This document shows positions 1 through 9,627 of a stretch of DNA of 38,768 nt, one piece after another. The DNA is from an uncultured Planctomycetaceae bacterium (GTDB lineage Bacteria > Planctomycetota > Planctomycetia > Pirellulales > UBA1268): contig CAXEMW010000001.1 in NCBI GenBank assembly GCA_963997395.1, forward strand, positions 1-38,768. Reading direction: 5' to 3'. Each line of letters begins with the position of its first letter. The first letter of the stretch is position 1. The position numbers and the translations under genes were made by a program. Below the pieces are notes generated by a model. The model worked only from the letters and a program-made list of their open reading frames with translations, was not told the origin of the DNA and did no database searches.

Positions 1-539
1 CGGCCACCCACATTCCCTTCCAGAACGACCTCTTCACTATTACGAATGAGGTACGGCGTATAGAAAGAGTGTGCGTGCACCTGATCGTAGTATCCAAAGA
101 AGACATCAAACCCATGCTTCTCCGGGACGCCTGTCGAATCACGCCCCCCGCAACCCCATTTACCAAACCCTCCCGTGGCATACCCTTTTTGCTTCAGCAT
201 TGAAGCAATTGTTTCCTCACCCTCTCGCAAGGGAGTGCCACCATCGTTGGCTCGTACCGATGCATGCCCGGAATGCTTGCCTGTCATAAGATTACAGCGC
301 AAAGGAGCACAGACAGGCGAGCCTGCGAGTGCATTGGTGAATCGCATGCCCTCTCTGGCCATCTGATCGATGCGAGGGGTTTTGATATATGGATTCCCCA
401 TATGTCCAAGTTCAAAATACGCCAGTTCATCTGACATGATGTAGACAATATTTGGCGGATTCTCACCACGGACAGTGCCCGTGTAGACCCATGCAATAAA
501 CAGCAAAGCACCAAGTTGCAACCATCTCAAAAAATTCAT
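1..539 (-). CDS. Sulfatase (Cys-type, formylglycine-dependent); N-terminal 179 codons only, 3' end lies beyond the window edge
   Basis: Not in the ORF track because it has no in-window stop. Manual minus-strand translation from the ATG at 537-539 gives MNFLRWLQLGALLFIAWVYTGTVRGENPPNIVYIMSDELAYFELGHMGNPYIKTPRIDQMAREGMRFTNALAGSPVCAPLRCNLMTGKHSGH...GYATGGFGKWG. This shows a signal peptide, an N-terminal metal-binding segment and the C-A-P-L-R formylglycine motif. Track ORF 284..514 is an alternate frame of this gene. Confidence 0.85.
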   Translation of the reverse strand, partial: MNFLRWLQLGALLFIAWVYTGTVRGENPPNIVYIMSDELAYFELGHMGNPYIKTPRIDQMAREGMRFTNALAGSPVCAPLRCNLMTGKHSGHASVRANDGGTPLREGEETIASMLKQKGYATGGFGKWGCGGRDSTGVPEKHGFDVFFGYYDQVHAHSFYTPYLIRNSEEVVLEGNVGG

Positions 540-589
540 ATCCCTCACCCCGTATAACCATTCGTACAACCAACTACTTAACGCACACT

Positions 590-3097
590 TTAATTTTCAA
601 GAAAGCTGCGACTCGCCACAATGTCTTGAATAAGATCGCGGAGACCCTTTTCTGGCTTACTTATCTCTTGGACAATCTCATCAATGACAGGCCTATCACT
701 GACTTCTAATTCTCGGCCTAAAGCATATGCAAGTAGCTTTTCTGTGATGCAGCGAGCGAACTGATCCTTTCGCCGAAGGAGAGCCTCTTGGAATTCTGCC
801 GGATTCTCGAACGAATCTCCATCAGGCAACTTCCCTGACGGATCAATCGTAACTTTCCCGTCATATTCATCCCGCCAACCACCAATGGCATCATAATTCT
901 CCAGGGCAAATCCAAGTGGATCAATCTTTCGATGACACTCAGCACACGTTGCAACATTTCGATGTTTTAGAAGCTGATCACGAATACTGACAGCACCACG
1001 GATATCTGGCTCAATAAGCGGCACGTCAGGCGGCGGTGGCGGTGGAGAATAACCAAGAACTTTTTCAAGCACATAAATACCACGAACAACAGGCGATGTA
1101 TCAACACCATTTGCTGATGCCGTCAAGAATGCACCATGGCCAATCAATCCACCCCGTCGACTTCCTTGCAACGACACTTTCTGTAAGCCATTTCCTTGAA
1201 CACCTTCAATACCGTAATGCAAGGCAAGTTCACGGTTCAAAAATGAATAGTCTGCATCCAGAAAATCCTGCACGTTTTGGTTCGTATCCAGCACATGCCG
1301 AAAGAACGATTCCGTTTCTTGACGCATAGCTACCTGAAGATTGTCTCGGTAATATTCAAGAAATTCCGCTGACGGAGGCATCTCACCAATATTATCCAGG
1401 TCCAACCACCTCCTCACAAAATGATGTACAAATCGATCAGAACGTGGGTCAGCCAGCATGCGTGTGACTTGTTCAGGCAACTCGGCTTTTAAGTTTTTGT
1501 GAACTGCCAAGTTAAGCAGCATTTCGTCTGGCGGCGACGACCAAAGAAAATAGGACAATCTCGAAGCCAGTGCGATTTCTTCGAGTGGCCCTTCACCGAG
1601 ATTCAAATATAGAAACCCTGGTGCACAAAGGATGGACTGGCATCCAAGTTGCAATGCCTCTAAAGGATCTACTCCTGCTTTGAGGCTCTCAGTAACAAGT
1701 TCCTGAATTGGTTCTACTTCGCCTTCAACAGGTGGACGGCGAAATGCTTTTTCAGCGAATAACTCAAGCTGCTGATGTATTGTCTCGGCATTGAGCTCCT
1801 CACGAGTCAACTCCCCATAGAGTGCACGATGCCCGGCGGTTGGCCAGACATCAACGTGTGGGCCCTCTATTCCAATTTCCCACACGCGTAGACGCGGTCC
1901 CTGATATCCCTTGAGCACCCCGTGCGCTTTTTCAAGACCACCTTTCATATCAACAAACGGCTTGAATTCAGGTTTGTCGGCAGCGTGTGTTGTCAGCATT
2001 CGCACCATGCGCTTGGCAGCCATCGGTCCATTACGAAAGCGAACTTCCGGCTCAAATCCCGCTTCCATATAGACATCCCACTCAAACCACTCAGGTTCTT
2101 CGTTCGTCAACTCGACTCTCGCTAGGGAAATCATTTTCGAAACATTCCCAGTACTTACAACACTTCCCCTTCGATCGACAGCAGCGATTTCCATAACCAA
2201 CGGATCACCATTGCGAAAATCACCCAGTGCTTTTCCATAGTCATGGTGACGACTTATCGCTGCCGCCTTCACACGAATGGTGTAGATACCACTATGCGGC
2301 ACACCACCCTGCCGAACCAAGGGAAGAAATCCAATATGCCCGCCACGATAGTGACGACCATAGAGATCCGTGAAAGGCGTATCGGGTGTAAACCGAAAGC
2401 GATCCACCTTGAATAGTTTTGGTAAGTCCTCGTGACCCTTCCCACTAAAATAGAAAGGTGACGTTTGCGTATAGCTTGTACTGACTGGCCGTTCCCCAAA
2501 CTTCGTGGCGCGATGAATAGCTTCTTCAGCCGCGCTTAAGTAGTGGTCCATTAACATGCCAGAGGTCACGAGACCAGCACCGTTGTTATCGAAGCCGTCA
2601 ACCACAACCTCCTCAGGAAAATCTTCTGACGGATTCCAAACGTCAACATTCAGCCCGAGTAGATCTCCAATTGTCTGCCGATACTCCCAGGCATTAAGCC
2701 GCCGAAGCACACTATGTCCACCAGACGCATTGAGTTCAGCATGAGCAGTTTCAATGCGGCGAGTGAGCGCATCAATCATGACAAGACGTTCACTAGGGGA
2801 AGGCTGGGGCTTCCCTTCTGGTGGCATGCTTTCAAGATTCAGTTGGTCCACAACCTCTTGGTAACGACCCAAGTCATCGAGAGTCTCAATTTTTGATGAA
2901 AGCGTATCGAATCGGCGGTCAGCTTTTTGTTTTTGGTCACCGTGACATTGGATGCAATATTTTTCAAGAAACACCGCTGCATTCTGGCCAGCTACATTTT
3001 CGTCAGCCACATTCTGGCCAACTGAGTTTTCAGTTGCGACAGCAAATGCGATCAGACCATGAAAAACAATGACAGCACAGTAGATCGTGGTTTTCAT
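590..3097 (-). CDS. Planctomycete multi-DUF protein (DUF1587/DUF1592/DUF1595/DUF1588/DUF1585 type) with cytochrome-c-like CxxCH motifs
   Basis: 835-aa ORF with an N-terminal signal peptide. It has a CIQCH motif near the N-terminus and CAECHRKIDPLGFALENYDAIGGWR near the C-terminus (DUF1585-type). It also has a poly-Pro stretch (SPPPPPPDVP). It is adjacent to a DUF1552 gene, the usual partner. Confidence 0.85.
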   Translation of the reverse strand: MKTTIYCAVIVFHGLIAFAVATENSVGQNVADENVAGQNAAVFLEKYCIQCHGDQKQKADRRFDTLSSKIETLDDLGRYQEVVDQLNLESMPPEGKPQPSPSERLVMIDALTRRIETAHAELNASGGHSVLRRLNAWEYRQTIGDLLGLNVDVWNPSEDFPEEVVVDGFDNNGAGLVTSGMLMDHYLSAAEEAIHRATKFGERPVSTSYTQTSPFYFSGKGHEDLPKLFKVDRFRFTPDTPFTDLYGRHYRGGHIGFLPLVRQGGVPHSGIYTIRVKAAAISRHHDYGKALGDFRNGDPLVMEIAAVDRRGSVVSTGNVSKMISLARVELTNEEPEWFEWDVYMEAGFEPEVRFRNGPMAAKRMVRMLTTHAADKPEFKPFVDMKGGLEKAHGVLKGYQGPRLRVWEIGIEGPHVDVWPTAGHRALYGELTREELNAETIHQQLELFAEKAFRRPPVEGEVEPIQELVTESLKAGVDPLEALQLGCQSILCAPGFLYLNLGEGPLEEIALASRLSYFLWSSPPDEMLLNLAVHKNLKAELPEQVTRMLADPRSDRFVHHFVRRWLDLDNIGEMPPSAEFLEYYRDNLQVAMRQETESFFRHVLDTNQNVQDFLDADYSFLNRELALHYGIEGVQGNGLQKVSLQGSRRGGLIGHGAFLTASANGVDTSPVVRGIYVLEKVLGYSPPPPPPDVPLIEPDIRGAVSIRDQLLKHRNVATCAECHRKIDPLGFALENYDAIGGWRDEYDGKVTIDPSGKLPDGDSFENPAEFQEALLRRKDQFARCITEKLLAYALGRELEVSDRPVIDEIVQEISKPEKGLRDLIQDIVASRSFLEN
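2972..3031 (-). repeat. Imperfect 30-nt tandem duplication encoding ENSVGQNVAD / ENVAGQNAAV in the post-signal-peptide linker of the DUF1592-type protein
   Basis: CATTCTGGCCA recurs exactly 30 nt apart (about 2980 and 3010). About two-thirds of the positions in the two 30-nt units match, and the peptide units share 6 of 10 residues. Confidence 0.5.
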
Positions 3098-3106
3098 GCC
3101 ACTCTC

Positions 3107-4360
3107 CTATCCAATTTCCATCGGGGAAAAGGTCCCTGTGCTTCTACCAAAATGATCGGCTTCTTCTGCTCCGAACCACTGCAAAACAGACAACCACAGA
3201 TTCGAAAGGGGGACTCGTCTATGTTGCTCTTCAGGACAAATAACATGCCCCTGATGCTTGAGTCCACCACCGGCAAGGAGCACTGGAAGATTTCTATTAC
3301 TATGGATCGATCCATCACTCATGCCACTACCGAAGACAACTAATGTGTCATCGAAAATCTGACTTTCCTTCAACCGCTCGAGAAAGTTACTGAGCTTCGT
3401 TGTTAAAAAAGCTTCCACCACCTGAAGCTGACCAATCCGGCCCTCTGATTTCCCATGATGAGAAAGACCATGGTAACTATCGAGGTCCAACTCCGACGTA
3501 CGGAAGCCTAATCCAGTTTCAAATGTTGCGACACGAGTGGAATCTGTCTGCAAAGCAAGAGCCATGAGGTCGTAGAAAAGTTCGACCTCATCAATTTGCT
3601 GCCGTTCCTCATCTAGCACTTCTTCTATCGACGGTTTCGGTTTGGGTCGATGCAACCATTCTTTAGACATTTGCAGTCGCCGTTCAACATCACGGACTGA
3701 CGTCAAATATTGATCGAGTTTGTCTTGATCTGCTGCATTAAGCGTTCGGTGCAAGGCACGTGCTGAATCACGTAATACATCAAGCACACTGCCGCGATGC
3801 TCAAGCCGCATGCGTTCATTCTCCACCTTACTCTGGGGCAAACTCACGAAAAGTCCCCGAAACAGCATGGCAGGATTATTGATTGGTGGTACATGAACAC
3901 CAGCGCGCGTCCAACACATATCGGTACCATTAACAATGCCTGTATTGATGGAGGGAAAACGGGTTTTGCTGCCAACGAATTCTGCTGCTGCCTGATCAAG
4001 CGAGATATTCTTCTCAGGGAATCCAGCGGCTTCTTCTTTCTTAATACTCGTAAGAAATCCCTGTACCGCGCCATGCCCACCGTTGAGTCCATGGTCCAAA
4101 TTTGAGAACACCGTGAGAGCGTCACGATGCATATCCAGTGGCTTCAGTGTCGATGTGGGAACATAATTATGGCCGGCAGCTTTTGGAAAAAAGTTGCCCG
4201 GATAAAAGCCAAGGTGATTTCCAACACACACCAACCGTCGCGGAGATTGATCTCCAACGCCTCTTTCTTGACCCAGACTCTGAAAGACTGGAAGGGACAG
4301 GGCAAGCCCAGCACCGTGAAGAAGGTTTCGTCGTGTCAATCGATGTGCGGTATTGCTCAT
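3107..4360 (-). CDS. DUF1552 (HXXSHH) domain protein with twin-arginine signal
   Basis: 417-aa ORF. The N-terminus LTRRNLLHGAGLALSLPVF looks Tat-like. The family signature H-G-L-S-H-H is present (YHGLSHHGKSEG). It lies 9 nt upstream of the DUF1592-type gene. Confidence 0.85.
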   Translation of the reverse strand: MSNTAHRLTRRNLLHGAGLALSLPVFQSLGQERGVGDQSPRRLVCVGNHLGFYPGNFFPKAAGHNYVPTSTLKPLDMHRDALTVFSNLDHGLNGGHGAVQGFLTSIKKEEAAGFPEKNISLDQAAAEFVGSKTRFPSINTGIVNGTDMCWTRAGVHVPPINNPAMLFRGLFVSLPQSKVENERMRLEHRGSVLDVLRDSARALHRTLNAADQDKLDQYLTSVRDVERRLQMSKEWLHRPKPKPSIEEVLDEERQQIDEVELFYDLMALALQTDSTRVATFETGLGFRTSELDLDSYHGLSHHGKSEGRIGQLQVVEAFLTTKLSNFLERLKESQIFDDTLVVFGSGMSDGSIHSNRNLPVLLAGGGLKHQGHVICPEEQHRRVPLSNLWLSVLQWFGAEEADHFGRSTGTFSPMEIG

Positions 4361-4443
4361 TTGTTTTCTCAGCTAGATCTCACAGAAGAAACCCGACACT
4401 CAATCGAACATTCCATGTTCTTCTACACACTCGTATTATGCAC

Positions 4444-6321
4444 TCATTTAGCTTGTACGCCATTTTTGGGGCTCACATAGACATAATACGCACTGAGCAT
4501 TGTATTGTCTTTACCCCTAAACCACGTGTGTAAAGCCGTTGGGCCCTTCTTCAAGTGCATCGTAAAAGTGATACCTTTGTCATCTTTCTTGACTTGCTTG
4601 GTGAGACCCTCAAATTGATAGCCCTTTTTTTCACCAATGCTCATGTGGTTATGCCCGGCGACGTATAGGCTCGCCTGAGTAATCGGTAACGCAGTTCCTG
4701 TTCCATCTGGCAACGTTCCCTGAATCGTTCCATCTGCCTCTTTGGGCCAACGACGAAGCTCGATGTCATAATCACCTGCCTCCGCCACATCGATCAACCA
4801 GTATCCACTTTTCTGCTGGCCTCTGAGAACCTGTCCTTGCTGGTCCACGAAGACATCCAACCATTCGGTGGCAGATAGTTTGGTAGGGTTCTCATACTTT
4901 GTTCCAACGATGATGCGTTGTTCTTCGTTCGCGGCTGCTCCGACTCGGTCCCACCATTCAGCGAGTCGCTTTCGCAATTTCACGACGACCTCTGGATGCT
5001 GATCGATGACATTTGTTTGCTGAAGAGGATCAGTCTCCAAGTTATAAAGCTCACGATCCTCCAAGAGACGCCACCGTTTCCAGAGCACGCCAGCCTGATC
5101 AGCTCGCATCTGAGTTTGACTATACGGTGACGGGTAATTCGCGAACCCCGGCATCCTGCTGTAATTGATGATGAGAATTCGATCATCAGACACGTGCTGT
5201 TCACCACGTAAAACCGAAGCCAGACTCATTCCGTCAAACTCGGGTCCGTTCTCAGATTTGATTCCACTCAATTCCAATAGAGTCGGCAAAATATCTTGTA
5301 CTTGAGTAAGTCCGCCAATGTCTTGTGGTTTTGCGAGATTGCCATCAGGCCAACGAATGAAACACGGAACACGATGCCCACCCTCCCAGAGTTCCGTCTT
5401 CCTGCCACGCATACCAGCATTGAAATACCGAGGTCCCAAGAGGCTGCCATTGTCTGTTTTGAAAATCAGAATCGTATTGTCAGCCAGGTCTTCGTCGTCA
5501 AGAAACTTAAGCAAGCTCCCCATGTTGGCATCGATGTTCACAATCATGCCTAGATAATTGGCGAGTTGGTTCTTTAATTTTCCATCCAGATGATCAAACT
5601 GTGGATCGGCCAATCTTTTTGTGATCACATCGCGATCTTCAGGCTTCGGATTGAATGGCCCGTGTGGCGTATTCGTTGCGAGATAGCACATGAATGGTTT
5701 ATTCGCTGCTACGGACTTCTTCATGAACGCCTTTGCTTCAGCAAAAAACACATCGGTGCAGTAACCTGAAAACTGTTCTTCTGTGCCGTTGTGAATATAG
5801 ACGTCATCAAAATAGTCGTTGCCCCAATAGCTTGGAACAGAGGGAATGGACGAGGAGGGATACCAGACGCTCTCCTGAAAGCCACGGTCCTGCGGACGAA
5901 ATGGATAGTTGGCACCAAGATGCCATTTACCAAATACTCCCGTGGCATACCCCGCGTCGCCAAAGTAATTGGCGATCGTAGGGATTTCCGGACGCAGTAA
6001 AGCGCGACCGCTACTTACGTTAATTGCGCCATTCCGTGCTGCATCAATCCCAGTAAGTAACTGCCCACGTGTCGGTGTACACATGGGCGCAACGTGGTAA
6101 TCCGTCAGTCGCAAACTCTCATCGTGCAGCGAGTCGAGGTGAGGGGTTTGTAAAACTGGATTGCCATGTACGGACAGTTCTGGATACCCCTGATCATCGG
6201 TCATGACAACAATAACATTTGGCCTTTCGGCAACAGCTTCATTACTAGCTGCATTCGAGGCCAAGCAGGCAATAAAGCCAAAGAGCCAGATGCCGCGCAC
6301 CACACGATTCGTTCTGTTCAC
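4444..6321 (-). CDS. Arylsulfatase-family sulfatase (Cys-type) with a C-terminal extension of roughly 150 aa
   Basis: 625-aa ORF with a GTG start, because no in-frame Met would preserve the signal peptide. Motifs VVMTDDQG and APMCTPTRGQLLTG (C-x-P-x-R) are present. The start overlaps the ThuA stop as GTGA. Confidence 0.9.
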   Translation of the reverse strand: MNRTNRVVRGIWLFGFIACLASNAASNEAVAERPNVIVVMTDDQGYPELSVHGNPVLQTPHLDSLHDESLRLTDYHVAPMCTPTRGQLLTGIDAARNGAINVSSGRALLRPEIPTIANYFGDAGYATGVFGKWHLGANYPFRPQDRGFQESVWYPSSSIPSVPSYWGNDYFDDVYIHNGTEEQFSGYCTDVFFAEAKAFMKKSVAANKPFMCYLATNTPHGPFNPKPEDRDVITKRLADPQFDHLDGKLKNQLANYLGMIVNIDANMGSLLKFLDDEDLADNTILIFKTDNGSLLGPRYFNAGMRGRKTELWEGGHRVPCFIRWPDGNLAKPQDIGGLTQVQDILPTLLELSGIKSENGPEFDGMSLASVLRGEQHVSDDRILIINYSRMPGFANYPSPYSQTQMRADQAGVLWKRWRLLEDRELYNLETDPLQQTNVIDQHPEVVVKLRKRLAEWWDRVGAAANEEQRIIVGTKYENPTKLSATEWLDVFVDQQGQVLRGQQKSGYWLIDVAEAGDYDIELRRWPKEADGTIQGTLPDGTGTALPITQASLYVAGHNHMSIGEKKGYQFEGLTKQVKKDDKGITFTMHLKKGPTALHTWFRGKDNTMLSAYYVYVSPKNGVQAK

Positions 6322-7238
6322 TTTGACACCTTCTGTTTATGCACAACGGGGTCGAGGTTGGCTTGTATTTGTACATCACTGACTACGGGCGACGGACAGC
6401 CACCCTCGGGAACCTCGACATGGGCTGTCCATAAAATGCCGTTGAGCACCACCTTCCGAAAGTTTTCATCAAGCCAACTCACATGATTATGCGCGCCAGT
6501 AAAACCAAAACCTCGACCACCAGAAGGACGCTCGTACGCCCATGCCACAACTTGTTTTTCACCCGCTGCAACAGCCCTACGGACTGCAGGATTTCCACTT
6601 CGTGGACCGTCTGGTCGACGGAGCGTGTTCGGCGGCGGAAGGTCAGCGAGTATTGGAGTGACTCCTTTCATGTCATCGACAAACCGCATGTGGTAGTACC
6701 ATTCGTCGTCGACCTGAAATGGTTTCAAACCATTTGCAACAGGATGCTCTGGAAAATCGGTAAAGTGTGGCGTCCAATGCGGATTAACTGACCAGTCGAG
6801 ATCACAGAATCCACCCATCCATTGCAGAAATTTTTGACCGGGCTCGCCTTTCTCAGCTTCGGTTGCCCAGTGAATCATCACGACACCCACCCCCGACTTC
6901 ATCAGTGCATCAAATTCAGCAAGATGCGGATTGAGTACATGCCCTTGATGCCCTGTACAAAAAATTACAACAGTCGCCGCATCCTCGAAGACAGACGAAT
7001 CTTCTGGGTAGCCAAGCACGGGAACGAGTACCGTTTCAACATCGAGGCCTGATCGATCAAGCGCATCAGCCAAGATCATATTTCCGGCTCGATGCTCATG
7101 CTTCATTCGCCCATGACTAGGCTTCCCTGAAATAAAGACAATCTTTGCCGGCTTCTCAGCCTGAACCGAAGCATTGAAAATAAAACATGGTGCAGCCAAA
7201 AGGCAGAAAAAAGTGACTCCTTTGAAACTCCGTTGCAT
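6318..7238 (-). CDS. ThuA-domain (trehalose-utilisation-like) protein, exported
   Basis: The ORF extends to 7304, but the Met at 7238 (MQRSFKGVTFFCLLAAPCFIFNASVQA) gives a signal peptide and removes the overlap with the upstream stop at 7243. The body (KIVFISGKPSHG...VVIFCTGHQGH...WATEAE) resembles the ThuA / class I amidotransferase-like fold. Confidence 0.8.
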   Translation of the reverse strand: MQRSFKGVTFFCLLAAPCFIFNASVQAEKPAKIVFISGKPSHGRMKHEHRAGNMILADALDRSGLDVETVLVPVLGYPEDSSVFEDAATVVIFCTGHQGHVLNPHLAEFDALMKSGVGVVMIHWATEAEKGEPGQKFLQWMGGFCDLDWSVNPHWTPHFTDFPEHPVANGLKPFQVDDEWYYHMRFVDDMKGVTPILADLPPPNTLRRPDGPRSGNPAVRRAVAAGEKQVVAWAYERPSGGRGFGFTGAHNHVSWLDENFRKVVLNGILWTAHVEVPEGGCPSPVVSDVQIQANLDPVVHKQKVSK

Positions 7239-7242
7239 CACT

Positions 7243-9627
7243 CTACTCCGTAACGAGTTCCAAATTATTCCAATATGCCCATTCATTGTGCCAATTGTTT
7301 GCACGATTTTCTAAAGCCAGCGAGACACGACGACCAGCAAATTCAGTCAAGTCAACCGACACATCAAGCCACTCATCTGATTCAACTGTATCTGGCCCAA
7401 TAACGTAATCCGCCATTACTTTTCCATTTGCGATGACTCGGAGTTGCCAGTCACCATGTGGATGATGACTGACGCGAAGCTTCAGTAACGTCTTCTTACC
7501 CTCAGGTATTGTGAGTTGATTCTTGCTCAAAACACACGGCGTTTTTCGATCGAGAGGATGCGTCTGCACCGCTAACTCATTCCGAAAGACAGCATGCTCA
7601 ACAACGCCACCTTCTCCAACGTCAGACACTCGCAGCGCTGTAGCCATTCCCCCCTTTGCGATCTTTTTAATCAGGCCGTTCCACACTTCAGCCTTTTGCA
7701 CCTGGTTGAGTTTTTTATTGCCCCCGTCGCCCGTAATCAATCGTCTTGCAACAAACTCTTGCAACCTCGGTAGTGTACCAGCCATCACAAGCTCAAGTGA
7801 CTCACGTGGATACTCCGGTACCATCGGCTCCAACGCAAACCAGTACATACGGGGCAGATTATTATCAGCAACATCTTCCACATGTGAGACGAGCCCTTGA
7901 AGAATTGACCATCGCTGAGCGAACGGTAGTCGCTGTACTGCGGAAGCCAGATACAGCCTCACAACCTGCGACGGGTCATTCTTTGCCATGGCAGCCAGTT
8001 TCTCAAGGATATCTGGCTCGAGCGCCCAATCTGCATTCCGCTCTGGCTGAAACGCATTTGATTCACTCACATCACAGAGGAATTGAATGGACCATGCCCG
8101 AACATGCTCATCTGCATCATTAAGCAATTCATAAAGACGGGTTTCCGTCAGTCCGTCAGTCACATACAACGCCCATAACGCACGCAATCTTTTGGATGGC
8201 TCTGATGTTGTGTTGAGTATGTCATTCAATTTCTGATGAACCACTTTACGATTGAGCGTTCCGCTTGCCTGCCGATACTGCAGAAGTGTTCTTGCATGGC
8301 GGACAAACCAATCGTTCGAATGCAACTGGTACTCTACGAGCTCTGCATCAGACATAGCAGAAAGATCTGGCGTCACCTTGTCCTTCACGCCAGTCGGCAT
8401 CACTCGATAGATACGCCCACTGTTGGGAAACTTTACTTCGTTGCCACAAATATTCTGATCATGCCAATCAAGAACGTAGACGCCACCTTCAGGACCAATC
8501 TCAACGCTGAACCCAACCCATGCCAGATCGTTCGTTGGTAGAAAATCATCACCATGATGACCAATAAAACTTGAACCCTTTGGCTCAAGCACATCCGTCA
8601 ATACAGCATGCTCATGAATATTGCACATAAATAGACGGTCACGATATTCGGCAGGAAACACATCTGCCAAATAAAACCGAGCCCCCCCATGAGCAGACAA
8701 GTGCGTATGATCACGGATGGTTTTAATGTCGTCATAGATGTACGGATTAACGTGCGGGCGTGCTTGCTTGTGATACGTTCCACCTTGTACGACATGAAAA
8801 AGATGTGGAATAACACAACACGTTGCACACCCCTGCCCGTAATCATTGAAATCGAATCCCCACGGGTTTGACAATCCACGAGCAAAGATTTCAAAAGCTT
8901 TTCGAGTTGGGTGATATCGCCAAATACCGGCATCAATAAATTGACGCTGTGCATCTGTGTCACCTGGCTTCCCAACATTGGAATGTGTAAATACGCCATG
9001 GCAACCGTACAGCCAACCATCAGGACCCCAAATGAAACTATTGAGGGTTTCATGCCGATCCTGAATACCCCATCCGTCAAGCAAGACTTGCGGCGGCCCA
9101 TCAGGGACATCATCGCCATCTTTATCTGGGATAAAAGAGAAATTTGGCGGCGATCCAACAAACACTCCACCAAATCCACAGGCAATCCCGGAGGTGAATG
9201 TCAGTTTGTCTGTAAATGTTTTCTTCTTATCAAAAATGCCATCGCCATCGGTATCTTCAAGTATCTGAATTCGACTCACCGGGTCGTCAGTATGTTTTTT
9301 ACGAGTTTGATAATTAAAATTTTCCACAACCCATATCCGGCCACGATCATCAAAGCAGAAGGCAATCGGCTCAGCAATATCCGGCTCAGCAGCAAAAACA
9401 GAGATTTCAAACCCGTCTGGAATCGCCATTTTTGAAACCGCCTCTGCTGGTACCAAAAATGGAGCGTCGCTGTCCTTGTGCTGTTTTTTGGGAAGTTGAT
9501 TACGGCCGTCACCAGCATATGCGAGAGGAATTGAGGCTATTCCATGCACCATAAAGACAGCCAACGCAACAAGTGACATTGCATTTCTGCGATCATAAGA
9601 GAATCGTTGCATCGCTCGATTTATCAT
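7243..9627 (-). CDS. PVC-type putative membrane-bound dehydrogenase domain (beta-propeller) plus HEAT-like repeats plus unassigned C-terminal beta-rich domain; no heme motif
   Basis: 794-aa ORF with a signal peptide. IPDGFEISVFAAEPDIAEPIAFCFDDRGRIWVVE and GPDGWLYGCHG are typical of the Pirellula/Verrucomicrobium N-terminal dehydrogenase domain. The middle is helical and HEAT-like (HSNDWFVRHARTLL..., DADEHVRAWSIQFL). The last ~140 aa are beta-rich and ungrouped. The ATG overlaps the upstream stop as ATGA. Confidence 0.8.
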   Translation of the reverse strand: MINRAMQRFSYDRRNAMSLVALAVFMVHGIASIPLAYAGDGRNQLPKKQHKDSDAPFLVPAEAVSKMAIPDGFEISVFAAEPDIAEPIAFCFDDRGRIWVVENFNYQTRKKHTDDPVSRIQILEDTDGDGIFDKKKTFTDKLTFTSGIACGFGGVFVGSPPNFSFIPDKDGDDVPDGPPQVLLDGWGIQDRHETLNSFIWGPDGWLYGCHGVFTHSNVGKPGDTDAQRQFIDAGIWRYHPTRKAFEIFARGLSNPWGFDFNDYGQGCATCCVIPHLFHVVQGGTYHKQARPHVNPYIYDDIKTIRDHTHLSAHGGARFYLADVFPAEYRDRLFMCNIHEHAVLTDVLEPKGSSFIGHHGDDFLPTNDLAWVGFSVEIGPEGGVYVLDWHDQNICGNEVKFPNSGRIYRVMPTGVKDKVTPDLSAMSDAELVEYQLHSNDWFVRHARTLLQYRQASGTLNRKVVHQKLNDILNTTSEPSKRLRALWALYVTDGLTETRLYELLNDADEHVRAWSIQFLCDVSESNAFQPERNADWALEPDILEKLAAMAKNDPSQVVRLYLASAVQRLPFAQRWSILQGLVSHVEDVADNNLPRMYWFALEPMVPEYPRESLELVMAGTLPRLQEFVARRLITGDGGNKKLNQVQKAEVWNGLIKKIAKGGMATALRVSDVGEGGVVEHAVFRNELAVQTHPLDRKTPCVLSKNQLTIPEGKKTLLKLRVSHHPHGDWQLRVIANGKVMADYVIGPDTVESDEWLDVSVDLTEFAGRRVSLALENRANNWHNEWAYWNNLELVTE

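Noticed and set aside
284-514. A 76-aa track ORF at the left edge
   Set aside because: It is an alternate frame of the truncated sulfatase gene (1..539), whose own frame carries the signal peptide and CxPxR motif.
7239-7304. N-terminal extensions of track ORFs: ThuA 7239-7304, DJ-1 26583-26693, Usp 29616-29699, DoxX 32304-32345, esterase 23278-23319
   Set aside because: The extensions precede clear signal peptides or family N-termini. In one case the extension overlaps the upstream gene. Internal starts fit better, though this is unproven without proteomics or ribosome profiling.
8598-9185. A 195-aa ORF in an alternate frame, and an antisense 174-aa ORF (8911..9435), both inside the 794-aa propeller gene
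   Set aside because: Both are fully embedded in a CDS with strong family motifs. Their translations are low-complexity and Cys/Met/Leu-rich with no recognisable domain. They are typical shadow ORFs.
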